Source: an uncultured Halieaceae bacterium (GTDB lineage Bacteria > Pseudomonadota > Gammaproteobacteria > Pseudomonadales > Halieaceae). Taken from it: a stretch of DNA of 64,000 nt. The notes beneath the pieces were generated by a model. That model did no database searches and was not told the DNA's origin. It saw only the letters and a program-made list of their open reading frames with translations. The stretch covers positions 207,797 to 271,796 of the forward strand of contig CAXIDF010000002.1 of the NCBI GenBank assembly GCA_964022665.1. Direction: 5' to 3'. This document shows positions 18,891 to 27,145 of this stretch, in pieces (the stretch's first letter is position 1; the number at the start of each line of letters is the position of its first letter). The position numbers were made by a program, and so were the translations under genes.

Positions 18891-20033
18891 TCAAATCATC
18901 AGGGTGGAGAGACGGCCGAGTTTGAGTTGATTACCATTACCCGCAACCGCGCTCTGTACAGCTTTCGAGCTGGCACTCTGCATTTGCCGCGCCAGCTGCG
19001 CCATGTCAACCGCGGGATACTGCTCAGGCTCCCACGTGACAAGACCGAGGCTAAGCGTAACCTGAAGCACCGCGCCACGGCCATCATCTATCAGGAAATT
19101 TTCGATGTCCCGGCGAATGCGTTCTGCCACATCGATGGAGGGTGACTCACTGGTGCCAGGCAGAAGCACCGCCAGGCGGGAGTCCGACAGGCGGGCGAGG
19201 TAGTCGGTGGCGCGCAGGCCTGATGAGACGCGCTCGGTGACCTTTTTCAACACGAAACGGCCCGTGATCTCGCCGTAGTGCCGATACAGCTCTTCAAACT
19301 CATCGACCTCCAGCATGAGTACGGACAGGGCCTCATTGCCGCGCCTGGCGCGGGCGATCTCGCGTGCAATATCTTTCTCGAAGCCGCGCAGGTTACTGAT
19401 CTGGGTGAGCGGGTCCAGCATGGTCAGGCGGGAAATCTGCTGCCGACTCACCGCATTCTTGAAGCTCTGGGATACCACCGAGGCCAGATGGGTTACCACC
19501 TCGCCATCCGCCGGGGTGGTTTCCATGGGCCGGTCGACAAAACCACAGTGATAGCTACCCAGGAGCCTGCCCGAATCCATCAGGGGTACCAGCAGTGCAT
19601 GCTGAATACCCTGGTCCGTTTTCAACACCTCAAACATGCGGGAATCGGTGGCGTCCAGCAAAATCACCTCGGGCTCCATGTCGTAGAGCTCCTGCATTTC
19701 GAAGACATCGTGATGCAGCTGCAGGTACTCGCCGTAGCGATGACCCGATACCATCAGGCCCGCCAGCACATTCTCGGGGTCATAGAGCCAGAGCTCCGCA
19801 ATACGGAACCCGAAATGCCGGGGCATGCTGACCAGCAGCACTTCAAGCAGTGCGCCGAGATCAGGCGCGTCGAGCATCATGCGTTGCATCTGCCTGGCCT
19901 GATCGACCAGCCAGCGGTTCAGCTGGATGGTTTCGGAACGGCGCTGCTCGCGCACTTCCGCAGGGCTGGCAGGTGCTGGCGCCGCTTCAATTTCCTCGCC
20001 AGGGAACACATCGTACACAGAGTCATCCGACAT
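18891..20033 (-). CDS. GAF domain protein with a degenerate GGDEF domain (RxxD I-site retained)
   Basis: The C-terminal domain aligns to GGDEF (DPLTQISNLRGF ... LEVDEF ...). The active-site GG(D/E)EF is replaced by SDSRL (19173..19187). RATD sits exactly at the I-site position. I prefer the ATG at 20033 to the TTG at 20072. Confidence 0.75.
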   Translation of the reverse strand: MSDDSVYDVFPGEEIEAAPAPASPAEVREQRRSETIQLNRWLVDQARQMQRMMLDAPDLGALLEVLLVSMPRHFGFRIAELWLYDPENVLAGLMVSGHRYGEYLQLHHDVFEMQELYDMEPEVILLDATDSRMFEVLKTDQGIQHALLVPLMDSGRLLGSYHCGFVDRPMETTPADGEVVTHLASVVSQSFKNAVSRQQISRLTMLDPLTQISNLRGFEKDIAREIARARRGNEALSVLMLEVDEFEELYRHYGEITGRFVLKKVTERVSSGLRATDYLARLSDSRLAVLLPGTSESPSIDVAERIRRDIENFLIDDGRGAVLQVTLSLGLVTWEPEQYPAVDMAQLARQMQSASSKAVQSAVAGNGNQLKLGRLSTLMI

Positions 20034-20179
20034 TCGGGATCCCGCCGTTAGCAGGACAAAATACGCCTGCAATGGACACAGTTATTGGCTTGTCAGTGTA
20101 AGCGGCCTATACTCGCGTTGCAAACACAGCCCGCCTTGCAATGTAACAATCTGTTACCCAGAGTCGGCGGGCATGTTTG

Positions 20180-20270
20180 CAAACCTGGGGGTGGCTTCGG
20201 CCTGAGATACCGCTTGCGGTAAACCCTTTGAACCTGACCCGGTTAGGACCGGCGTAGGGATAGGTGCACG
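20180..20270 (+). promoter_or_regulatory. TPP (THI-box) riboswitch
   Basis: GGGGTGGCTTCGGCCTGAGATACCGCTTGCGGTAAACCCTTTGAACCTGACCCGGTTAGGACCGGCGTAGGGA carries the conserved CUGAGA, ACCCUUUGAACCUGA and CGUAGGGA elements in canonical order. It lies in the 5' leader of the TonB-dependent receptor gene. Confidence 0.85.
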
Positions 20271-20328
20271 TCTCCTGTTCATTCCGCATATCCAACCGGT
20301 TCTCTTGCTGTTCTTAATGGAGAACCCG

Positions 20329-22437
20329 ATGAAGACATCTTACACGTTTGGCACCACGCTCCTAACCACCCTGCTCGCCGCTACCACGGCCACGTCGCAA
20401 GAACTGAGCGAGGTTCTGGTCACGGCTGAGTGGCGCGACACACCGCTTTTGAGCCAGTCCACGTCGACCAGCGTGCTCACCAGCGACGGCTTGCGCGAGC
20501 GCGCTGCACAGCATCTCGAGGAGGTGCTCAATGTCATTCCGAACCTCAACTACGCGAGCGGCGCCGCGCGCGCACGCTACTTCCAGATCCGCGGCATTGG
20601 TGAGCGCAGTCAGTTTCAGGAACCCCTCAACCCGTCTGTGGGATTGTTGATCGACGGCATTGATTTCAGTGGACTCGGTGGCATCGGCACTTTGTTCGAT
20701 ATCGCCCAGGTCGAGGTACTGCGCGGACCCCAGGGCACGCTGCATGGCGCCAACGCCCTCGCCGGCCTGGTGAACATCCGCAGCGCCGCACCCGAGGCCA
20801 CACCGGGGCTGCGTCTGGAGGCGACCCTCGCCGACTACAACACGCAGGCAATGGGCGTGGTAGGCACTGGCCCGCTGGCGGGTGAACAGCTGCTTTACCG
20901 CGTGGCGGTGCAGCAATACCGCAGCGACGGCTACTACAGCAATGACTTCCTGCAACGCGACGACACCAATGAGCGTGACGAGACGACTGTGCGTGCGCGC
21001 CTGCGCTGGCTGGCCTCCGATTCGGACACACTCGACCTGAGCCTTGTGCTGGCCGACATCGACAACGGTTATGACGCGTTCTCGCTGGATAACACGCGTC
21101 GCACGCTGTCCGATGAACCCGGTCGCGACCGGCAGGAGACCAGCGCTGGCAGCCTCGAGTGGAAAGCCGCACGCTCGTCGCTGGATATCGAGGCGCTGCT
21201 GACCGTCGCCACAACCGACACCGAGTACAGCTTCGACGAGGACTGGAGCTTTGTCGGCATCGCGCCGGAACTGGAGTACAGCTCTTTCGACCGCTATCTG
21301 CGCGAGCGCGACAGCGTCAGCGGCCAACTGAGGTTACTGTCCAACGAGCAGTCGCGCCTGTTTGACGGCCGTTCAGACTGGGTCGCAGGCCTCTATTGCC
21401 TGGGCGACCGCGAGGACCTGGATCGCCAGTACACCTACCTCGACGCGCCGTTCAACAGCCGGTACGACACCGACACAGCGGCCGTGTTCGGGCAGCTGGA
21501 TACCCGCCTCAGCGACAGCCTGACACTGTCCAGTGGCCTGCGTCTGGAGCAACGCCGCACGGACTACACCGATAGCAATGGCGTTGACGAACAGGTTGAA
21601 AAGAATCTGTGGGGCGCGCGCCTGGCACTCGAGTACCAGCCCGCTGACGGCGCGCTGTGGTACGCCAGCATCTCGCGCGGTTACCGCGGCAACGGCGTGA
21701 ATGCCGTCGTTCTAGCCAGTGCGGGCACAGCAGCCAACCCCGAACAGGAGGCTCTGCTGGCTGGCCTCGGCCGTTTTGACGAAGAGACACTGCTCAACTA
21801 CGAGCTAGGCTACAAGGCCGAGGCACTCGACGGCAGGTTGCGGAGTCGATTGGCCCTGTTCTACATGGACCGCAGCGACCAGCAGGTGAAAGGCTCCGTG
21901 CCTTTGCCGCGGGAGGACGGCAGTACCGCGTTTTTCGACTACATCAACAACGCCGCCCGGGGGCACAACTATGGACTGGAGCTCGAACTCGACTGGCTGG
22001 TGAACGCGTCGCTGGAACTCTACGCCAACCTGGGGCTACTGGATGCCAGCTTCGATCGCTACATCAACGCCGACGGCGTCGACCTTGCGGGTCGCGAGCA
22101 AGCGCATGCGCCGAGCTACCAGGCGGCGGTGGGCGGCCGCCTCGCGCTGACCGAACATCTTTATGCGCGTATGGATGTGGAGGCACGCGACAGTTTCTAC
22201 TTCTCTGACCGTCACGACGTGCGCTCGGGGGCCTACGAACTGGTGCACCTGCGCCTGGGCTGGGCCGCCGGCAACTGGGACGTAGCACTGTGGGCCCGCA
22301 ACCTCGGCGACAGGGACTACGCCACGCGAGGCTTCGGTGCCTTTGGCAACGACCCCCGCAATGGCTATGCGGTTGAACCCTACTACCAGTTCGGTGAACC
22401 ACGCCGCGTTGGTGTGAGCGCGAGCTACCAATTCTAG
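20329..22437 (+). CDS. TonB-dependent outer-membrane receptor (thiamine-related by riboswitch context)
   Basis: Signal peptide. TonB-box-like LSEVLVTA. Plug domain motifs (VEVLRGPQGTLHGANA). C-terminal beta-barrel ending in ...SASYQF. ATG at 20329 follows a GGAGA RBS. Confidence 0.9.
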   Translation: MKTSYTFGTTLLTTLLAATTATSQELSEVLVTAEWRDTPLLSQSTSTSVLTSDGLRERAAQHLEEVLNVIPNLNYASGAARARYFQIRGIGERSQFQEPLNPSVGLLIDGIDFSGLGGIGTLFDIAQVEVLRGPQGTLHGANALAGLVNIRSAAPEATPGLRLEATLADYNTQAMGVVGTGPLAGEQLLYRVAVQQYRSDGYYSNDFLQRDDTNERDETTVRARLRWLASDSDTLDLSLVLADIDNGYDAFSLDNTRRTLSDEPGRDRQETSAGSLEWKAARSSLDIEALLTVATTDTEYSFDEDWSFVGIAPELEYSSFDRYLRERDSVSGQLRLLSNEQSRLFDGRSDWVAGLYCLGDREDLDRQYTYLDAPFNSRYDTDTAAVFGQLDTRLSDSLTLSSGLRLEQRRTDYTDSNGVDEQVEKNLWGARLALEYQPADGALWYASISRGYRGNGVNAVVLASAGTAANPEQEALLAGLGRFDEETLLNYELGYKAEALDGRLRSRLALFYMDRSDQQVKGSVPLPREDGSTAFFDYINNAARGHNYGLELELDWLVNASLELYANLGLLDASFDRYINADGVDLAGREQAHAPSYQAAVGGRLALTEHLYARMDVEARDSFYFSDRHDVRSGAYELVHLRLGWAAGNWDVALWARNLGDRDYATRGFGAFGNDPRNGYAVEPYYQFGEPRRVGVSASYQF

Positions 22438-22457
22438 CGACAGAGAGGATTCCCAGC

Positions 22458-22715
22458 ATGGACGTTACCGCAGAACTCAGCCTGTACCCGCTTCAGGAGG
22501 ACTACATTCCCGTCATCCAGCGCTTTATTGAGCAACTGGCCGCGGCGGGCGATAGCGCCGTCGTGACCAACGCGATGAGTACGCAAATCAGCGGCGATGC
22601 CAGTACCGTATTCGGCATCGTGCAGGCGGCGCTGGAGGCGAGTTATCGCGACTTCGGCAAGCAGGTCCTGGTCTGCAAGTTCATCCCCGGATTGCTACCC
22701 ATTCAGTCGCCATGA
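22458..22715 (+). CDS. MTH1187/YkoF-family small thiamine-binding protein (DUF77-like)
   Basis: 85 aa with no signal peptide. The pattern MDVTAELSLYPL...MSTQISGD...VCKF resembles the single ACT-like YkoF/MTH1187 fold. ATGA overlap with the PnuC-like gene. Confidence 0.6.
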   Translation: MDVTAELSLYPLQEDYIPVIQRFIEQLAAAGDSAVVTNAMSTQISGDASTVFGIVQAALEASYRDFGKQVLVCKFIPGLLPIQSP

Positions 22716-23344
22716 CAACCGACACCTGGCTCGCACAGCTGACCGCCGCTGCCGCCAGCCTCTCCGGGTGGGAGCTGGCTGCCGTTCTGCTGGGCGTCGC
22801 CTACCTGCTGCTGGCGGTGAGGGAAAGCCTGTGGTGCTGGTACGCAGCCTTCGCCAGCACGGCCATTTTCCTGTGGCTGTTCTGGCAGGTGGGGCTACTG
22901 ATGGAGTCCGCGTTGCAGGTGTACTATCTGGCGATGGCACTCTACGGCTGGCATCAGTGGCGCGGCGGCAGCGCGACAGCTGCGGCGCTCCTGCAGCCAT
23001 TGCCCATCGGCACATGGCCCCTGCGTCATCACCTGCTGGCTGTTGCCGCAGTCCTGGTTGCCAGCGCGACCAGCGGCTTTCTCCTGGAACGCCACACGGA
23101 TGCGATGTTGCCCTATGTGGATTCATTGACTACCTGGGGTAGCATTCTCACCACGTGGATGGTGGCGAGAAAACTGCTGGAGAACTGGCTGTACTGGCTG
23201 GTGATAGACAGCGTTTCCATTTACCTCTATCTGGAGCGCGGGCTGTTTCTTACCGCCGCACTGTTCGCTGTATATCTGGTTATCGTCGTCTTCGGCTACC
23301 GACAGTGGCGCAAGCAATACCTTCTGCAATGCTCGAGCGGCTGA
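22712..23344 (+). CDS. PnuC-family transporter (PnuT-like, probable thiamine/vitamin uptake)
   Basis: About 7 TM segments. Conserved PnuC features AVRESLWCW and YGWHQW. Confidence 0.8.
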   Translation: MTTDTWLAQLTAAAASLSGWELAAVLLGVAYLLLAVRESLWCWYAAFASTAIFLWLFWQVGLLMESALQVYYLAMALYGWHQWRGGSATAAALLQPLPIGTWPLRHHLLAVAAVLVASATSGFLLERHTDAMLPYVDSLTTWGSILTTWMVARKLLENWLYWLVIDSVSIYLYLERGLFLTAALFAVYLVIVVFGYRQWRKQYLLQCSSG

Positions 23345-24189
23345 ACCGGGCTCTGCAGACCTGGCGTGACTGGCAGGTCGCGGATCTGCACACAGCGCCG
23401 CGCCTGCTGCGACAACTGGGTTGCGGCCTGAACAATCACAGCTATCTCATCGCCAGCGATAGCCGGCGGTTTGCGTTGCGGCTCGCGGGCAAGAAGTTGG
23501 CGGCAAACCCCGCATGGCAGCGCACAGAATGGCAGGCGCTGGCCCTGGCCCACAGTGCCGGTCTCGCGCCCGCACCGCGCCATCTCGACACCAAAGCCGG
23601 CGTGCTTGTGTGCGACTACCTGTCCCCGGATGCGAACGTTGCGGAGAACCTTGCGACAGTGGGCGCCCTGCTGCGTCGAATCCACGCGTTGCCGCAACTC
23701 ACACCGGGGCCGACGCTGGCCGAGCGCTGCGAGGCTGCTGCCAGCGCCGTGCGCTCTGTACAGCCCGGCACCTGGCAGCAGCTGCAAGCACTGGCGGCAC
23801 GCGTCGGACCGCTGCTCACCCGGCTCGAGGACACGGGCCCGCAAGGGCTTTGCCACAACGACCTGTTGCGCGCCAACCGCGTTACCAGTGGCGGTGAGCT
23901 GTGGGCAATCGACTGGGAGTATGCCGCCACCGGCCCCGTGTGGTTCGACCTCGCCGCGGTGTGCGCGGGCGATGAGCTCGACAGTCCGGCACGCCACGCG
24001 CTGCTGACGGGCTACCTGCACACCGCACCTGCGGCGCCGGACTGGCAACGCCTGAATCTGTTCGAGTGCGGCTACCGCTACCTGGAATTACTCTGGCACA
24101 TCGAGACTGCGACCGATCCCGCTGCCGCGCCACTGGTGGAAAAACAGTCTCGTCTTGCGCAGTGTATAGACGCTACCGAGGCCCACTGA
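23329..24189 (+). CDS. APH/choline-kinase-fold phosphotransferase, ThiK-like thiamine kinase candidate
   Basis: Catalytic loop CHNDLLRANRV and DWEYA motif. The ATG at 23329 (MLERLNRAL...) overlaps the pnuC end by 16 nt. The operon sits under the TPP riboswitch. Confidence 0.65.
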   Translation: MLERLNRALQTWRDWQVADLHTAPRLLRQLGCGLNNHSYLIASDSRRFALRLAGKKLAANPAWQRTEWQALALAHSAGLAPAPRHLDTKAGVLVCDYLSPDANVAENLATVGALLRRIHALPQLTPGPTLAERCEAAASAVRSVQPGTWQQLQALAARVGPLLTRLEDTGPQGLCHNDLLRANRVTSGGELWAIDWEYAATGPVWFDLAAVCAGDELDSPARHALLTGYLHTAPAAPDWQRLNLFECGYRYLELLWHIETATDPAAAPLVEKQSRLAQCIDATEAH

Positions 24190-24230
24190 GCGGTAGCGCT
24201 GGACGGTTCAGCGCCAGAAGCAGCCTCGCA

Positions 24231-24713
24231 TCAATCGCGGAAGTTGATGAACTGCAGCGGGAGGTCGATGTCGCATTGACGCAGGAGCGCAATGGCCTGC
24301 TGCAGGTCGTCACGCTTCTTGCCTGTTACCCGCACCTGATCGCCCTGCACTTGTGCCTGCACCTTGAGCTTTGCTTCCTTGAGCTGCTTGACGATGGATT
24401 TGCACTGCTGGCTGTCGAGCCCGTTGCGCAAGGTCACGGTCTGTCGAACCACCTTGCCACTGGCAACCGCATCACCCACTTCCATGGCTTGCGGGTCGAT
24501 GTCGCACTTGATCAACGCACTGCGCAACATGTCTTCCATCTGCGCCAGCTGGAATTCCACCTCCGCGTGCAGCGCGACAGTGTGCCCGTCGCGCTCGAAA
24601 CCGGCATCGATACCCTTGAAGTCGAAGCGGTTGGCAACAATGCGCGAGGCTTGATCCACGGCGTTGGTCAACTGGTGCAGGTCGACTTCCGATACAACGT
24701 CGAAAGATGGCAT
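24231..24713 (-). CDS. yajQ: YajQ-family nucleotide / cyclic-di-GMP-binding protein (UPF0234)
   Basis: MPSFDVVSEVDLHQLTNAVDQASRIVANRFDFKG is the highly conserved YajQ N-terminus. 160 aa. Internal ATG at 24713 chosen over the track start. Confidence 0.85.
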   Translation of the reverse strand: MPSFDVVSEVDLHQLTNAVDQASRIVANRFDFKGIDAGFERDGHTVALHAEVEFQLAQMEDMLRSALIKCDIDPQAMEVGDAVASGKVVRQTVTLRNGLDSQQCKSIVKQLKEAKLKVQAQVQGDQVRVTGKKRDDLQQAIALLRQCDIDLPLQFINFRD

Positions 24714-24798
24714 AGTGCATTTCCCCAATTCAGGCGATGAGACAGGACCAACATGGTAATCGGCCGGCACCGCATTGCAATCCCTGCAGACCGCTAAT

Positions 24799-25722
24799 AT
24801 GCACGAGCGCCACTGGCATATCCTTGGCGCCGGCGCCATCGGCAGCCTGTTCGCCTGCCTGTTTCAGGAGGCCGGCATTCGCTGTTCCCTGCTGCTGCGA
24901 GAGGGGCATGCGGCACCGGAGAAGGGCACCCGGCAAATATGCCTGCAGGAAGGCGAGCAGAGTCGCGCGCACATATTCGAGGCAAGCCCTGCCGCAGGCA
25001 CCGAACCCATTCACTATCTGCTGGTGTGCACCAAGGCCTACGACCTGCTTGCAGCGCTCACCAGCGTGCAGCCGTGCCTGGCCAAGGGCGCCGTTGTTCT
25101 GCTGCTCGCCAACGGCCTCGGATACCAGCAGCGCATCAGCGCGCAATGGCCGGAGCTTACCGTGTTCAGCGGCAGCACCACCGAGGGAGCGTTCCGCGAA
25201 GGCGGCGACTGCGTACGTCGCGCCGGACGGGGAACCACCTGGCTTGGCAGCAGTGGCCTGATGCGCCCACCCGCGTGGTTCAGCGACTGGCAGGCACTGG
25301 ACGCAGATTGCAGCTGGGCAGCAAACATCGACACCATCCTGTGGCGCAAGTTTGCCATCAACTGCGCAATCAACCCGCTCACGGCGCTACATCGCTGCCG
25401 CAACGGGCTGCTCGCGGACGACAGCGCACTCACCGATCAGGTGCGGAACCTGTGCCTGGAAATTGCCGCCGTTGGCGCGGCGGCGGGGCAGCACGAAGCC
25501 GTGTCCAACCTGTATGCCTCGGTGATGGAGGTGGTTGCCGCCACCGCACACAACCGCTCCTCCATGCTTCAGGATGTACTCGCCGGGCGCCGCACCGAGA
25601 TCGACTATCTCACCGCCTTCCTCGTGGCAACAGCAGACAGGTTGGGCCTTGCCGTACCGTATAACCGCGCCGTACTCGCCGCCCTGCGCACAGCGAGGAC
25701 GGCTATGCCGCAGCCCGACTGA
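24799..25722 (+). CDS. panE: 2-dehydropantoate 2-reductase (ApbA/PanE family)
   Basis: Rossmann fold HILGAGAIGSLFA. ApbA-family C-terminal domain with SMLQD and TEIDYL motifs. The start is either the ATG at 24799 or the TTG at 24775. Confidence 0.8.
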   Translation: MHERHWHILGAGAIGSLFACLFQEAGIRCSLLLREGHAAPEKGTRQICLQEGEQSRAHIFEASPAAGTEPIHYLLVCTKAYDLLAALTSVQPCLAKGAVVLLLANGLGYQQRISAQWPELTVFSGSTTEGAFREGGDCVRRAGRGTTWLGSSGLMRPPAWFSDWQALDADCSWAANIDTILWRKFAINCAINPLTALHRCRNGLLADDSALTDQVRNLCLEIAAVGAAAGQHEAVSNLYASVMEVVAATAHNRSSMLQDVLAGRRTEIDYLTAFLVATADRLGLAVPYNRAVLAALRTARTAMPQPD

Positions 25723-25723
25723 A

Positions 25724-27145
25724 TCAGGGGTCCGCCGCGAACAGCTCCGCTACGGCCCTGCCAGTCAGTTCCTGCCATCGATGTGCGGGCGACCCCTGCG
25801 GCACCAGCGCCTGCCGGTAGCGATACGCCCCGCCACGTTCCCGTTCAAGGCCGAGCACGCACAGTGCCGGAGAACAGTGCAGCGTGATCTGCAGCGTTTC
25901 CTCCGGCGGACGCCGGGTATGGTCAAGTGTGCTGGGATAGAACGGCGCCGATTCTCCCTGGAACAGCAGCCCCGGCCTCACGTCCAGCATTTGTTCGCGC
26001 AAGGTCATCAGCAGGCCCTCAACACCATCACTCCCGGGCAGGGCTGCGTGCGCGGGCTCCAGTACAACCAGCGGCCGCGGCACGGCAAGCCGCTGATCCC
26101 GCGGCCAGAGCGCAAACAGCACTACCGCTAGCGCACAGGCCACTGTAGCGGTCGCCGTGAGCCAGTGCCGCCGCCGCCAATACCGGCCAAAACCGAATAC
26201 TGCCCATTCACCCGGCCGCGGCGGCATGCGCGAGCGCGCCTGACGGCTGAGGCTGCGCGGAATCTGCAATGGCAGATCGTCACTGACCTCTTGGCGAAAA
26301 TACGGCCCGGCTTCATCGCGCAACGGCGAGCGCAACTGCCGTGGTTGTGCCGCCGCCATCGCCTGCAGTTGACGCCGTACCGCGTGCGTATTTGAGGGCC
26401 TGTCTTCAGGATTCGCCGCCAACAGGCTTGCGACCAGCGGCGCCATGCCACTGGGCACCGAGGCGCCATCCGGCAGCGCCGCCGGCAAAGGAGGCGCAGC
26501 GCCGTGCAACAGGGCATCGGCATCCAGACCGTGACGCCCCTGAAAGGGATGGCGGCCCGCTACCAGGCGATAGAGCAGGCAACCCAGGGCAAACAGATCC
26601 GAGCGAACATCCTGCGGCTTGCCCAACAACTGCTCGGGCGAAATACAGGAGAGGCTGCCACGTGCCGTAGCGACAGAGCCCTGCTCCGCTGCGAGACCAA
26701 AGTCGGTCAGCTTGACACGCCCTTCCGCCGTGACCAGCACGTTCCCCGGCTTGATATCCCCGTGCACGATACCGCGCTGGCGACCCGCAGCAATCGCCGC
26801 TGCCACGTCACTGGCCACAATCAGAATGCTGGCAAGGGAGAGCTCTCGCTCAGCGAGCAGCTCCTCCAGGTCGCACCCGGGCACGTATTCCATGATCATG
26901 GCCAGATGCGTATCGCCAACGATCACGTCGTGCATCTTGACCACACGCGAGCTGTCCAAAGCGGCGACGGCCTGAGCCTCGCGCAGGACTTTGCGGCTGC
27001 GCGCCGGCTCTGCTGGCAGCGCGTGTATCTTGGCGACGATGCGTCGACCCAGGCGTTCATCAACACCGAGGAACACCGAACCCTGACCACCACGCCGAAT
27101 AAGCCGGAGAATGCGGTAGGGCCCGATGCGCTCAGCGCCCCTCAA
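25724..27145 (-). CDS. Hanks-type Ser/Thr protein kinase with one TM helix and a C-terminal extracytoplasmic domain of unknown fold
   Basis: Gly-loop RRGGQGSVF. VAKI lysine. Catalytic loop HGDIKPGN (non-RD). DFGLA. SPE in place of APE. TM helix WLTATATVACALAVVLFALW, followed by about 125 aa. TTG start overlaps the upstream stop (TTGA). Confidence 0.85.
   Translation of the reverse strand: MRGAERIGPYRILRLIRRGGQGSVFLGVDERLGRRIVAKIHALPAEPARSRKVLREAQAVAALDSSRVVKMHDVIVGDTHLAMIMEYVPGCDLEELLAERELSLASILIVASDVAAAIAAGRQRGIVHGDIKPGNVLVTAEGRVKLTDFGLAAEQGSVATARGSLSCISPEQLLGKPQDVRSDLFALGCLLYRLVAGRHPFQGRHGLDADALLHGAAPPLPAALPDGASVPSGMAPLVASLLAANPEDRPSNTHAVRRQLQAMAAAQPRQLRSPLRDEAGPYFRQEVSDDLPLQIPRSLSRQARSRMPPRPGEWAVFGFGRYWRRRHWLTATATVACALAVVLFALWPRDQRLAVPRPLVVLEPAHAALPGSDGVEGLLMTLREQMLDVRPGLLFQGESAPFYPSTLDHTRRPPEETLQITLHCSPALCVLGLERERGGAYRYRQALVPQGSPAHRWQELTGRAVAELFAADP

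Noticed and set aside
24196-24214. Hairpin GCGCTG-N7-CAGCGC between the convergent thiK-like and yajQ genes, considered as a terminator
   Set aside because: The stem is only 6 bp with no U-tract on either strand, too weak to call. It might still contribute, but I do not list it as a feature.
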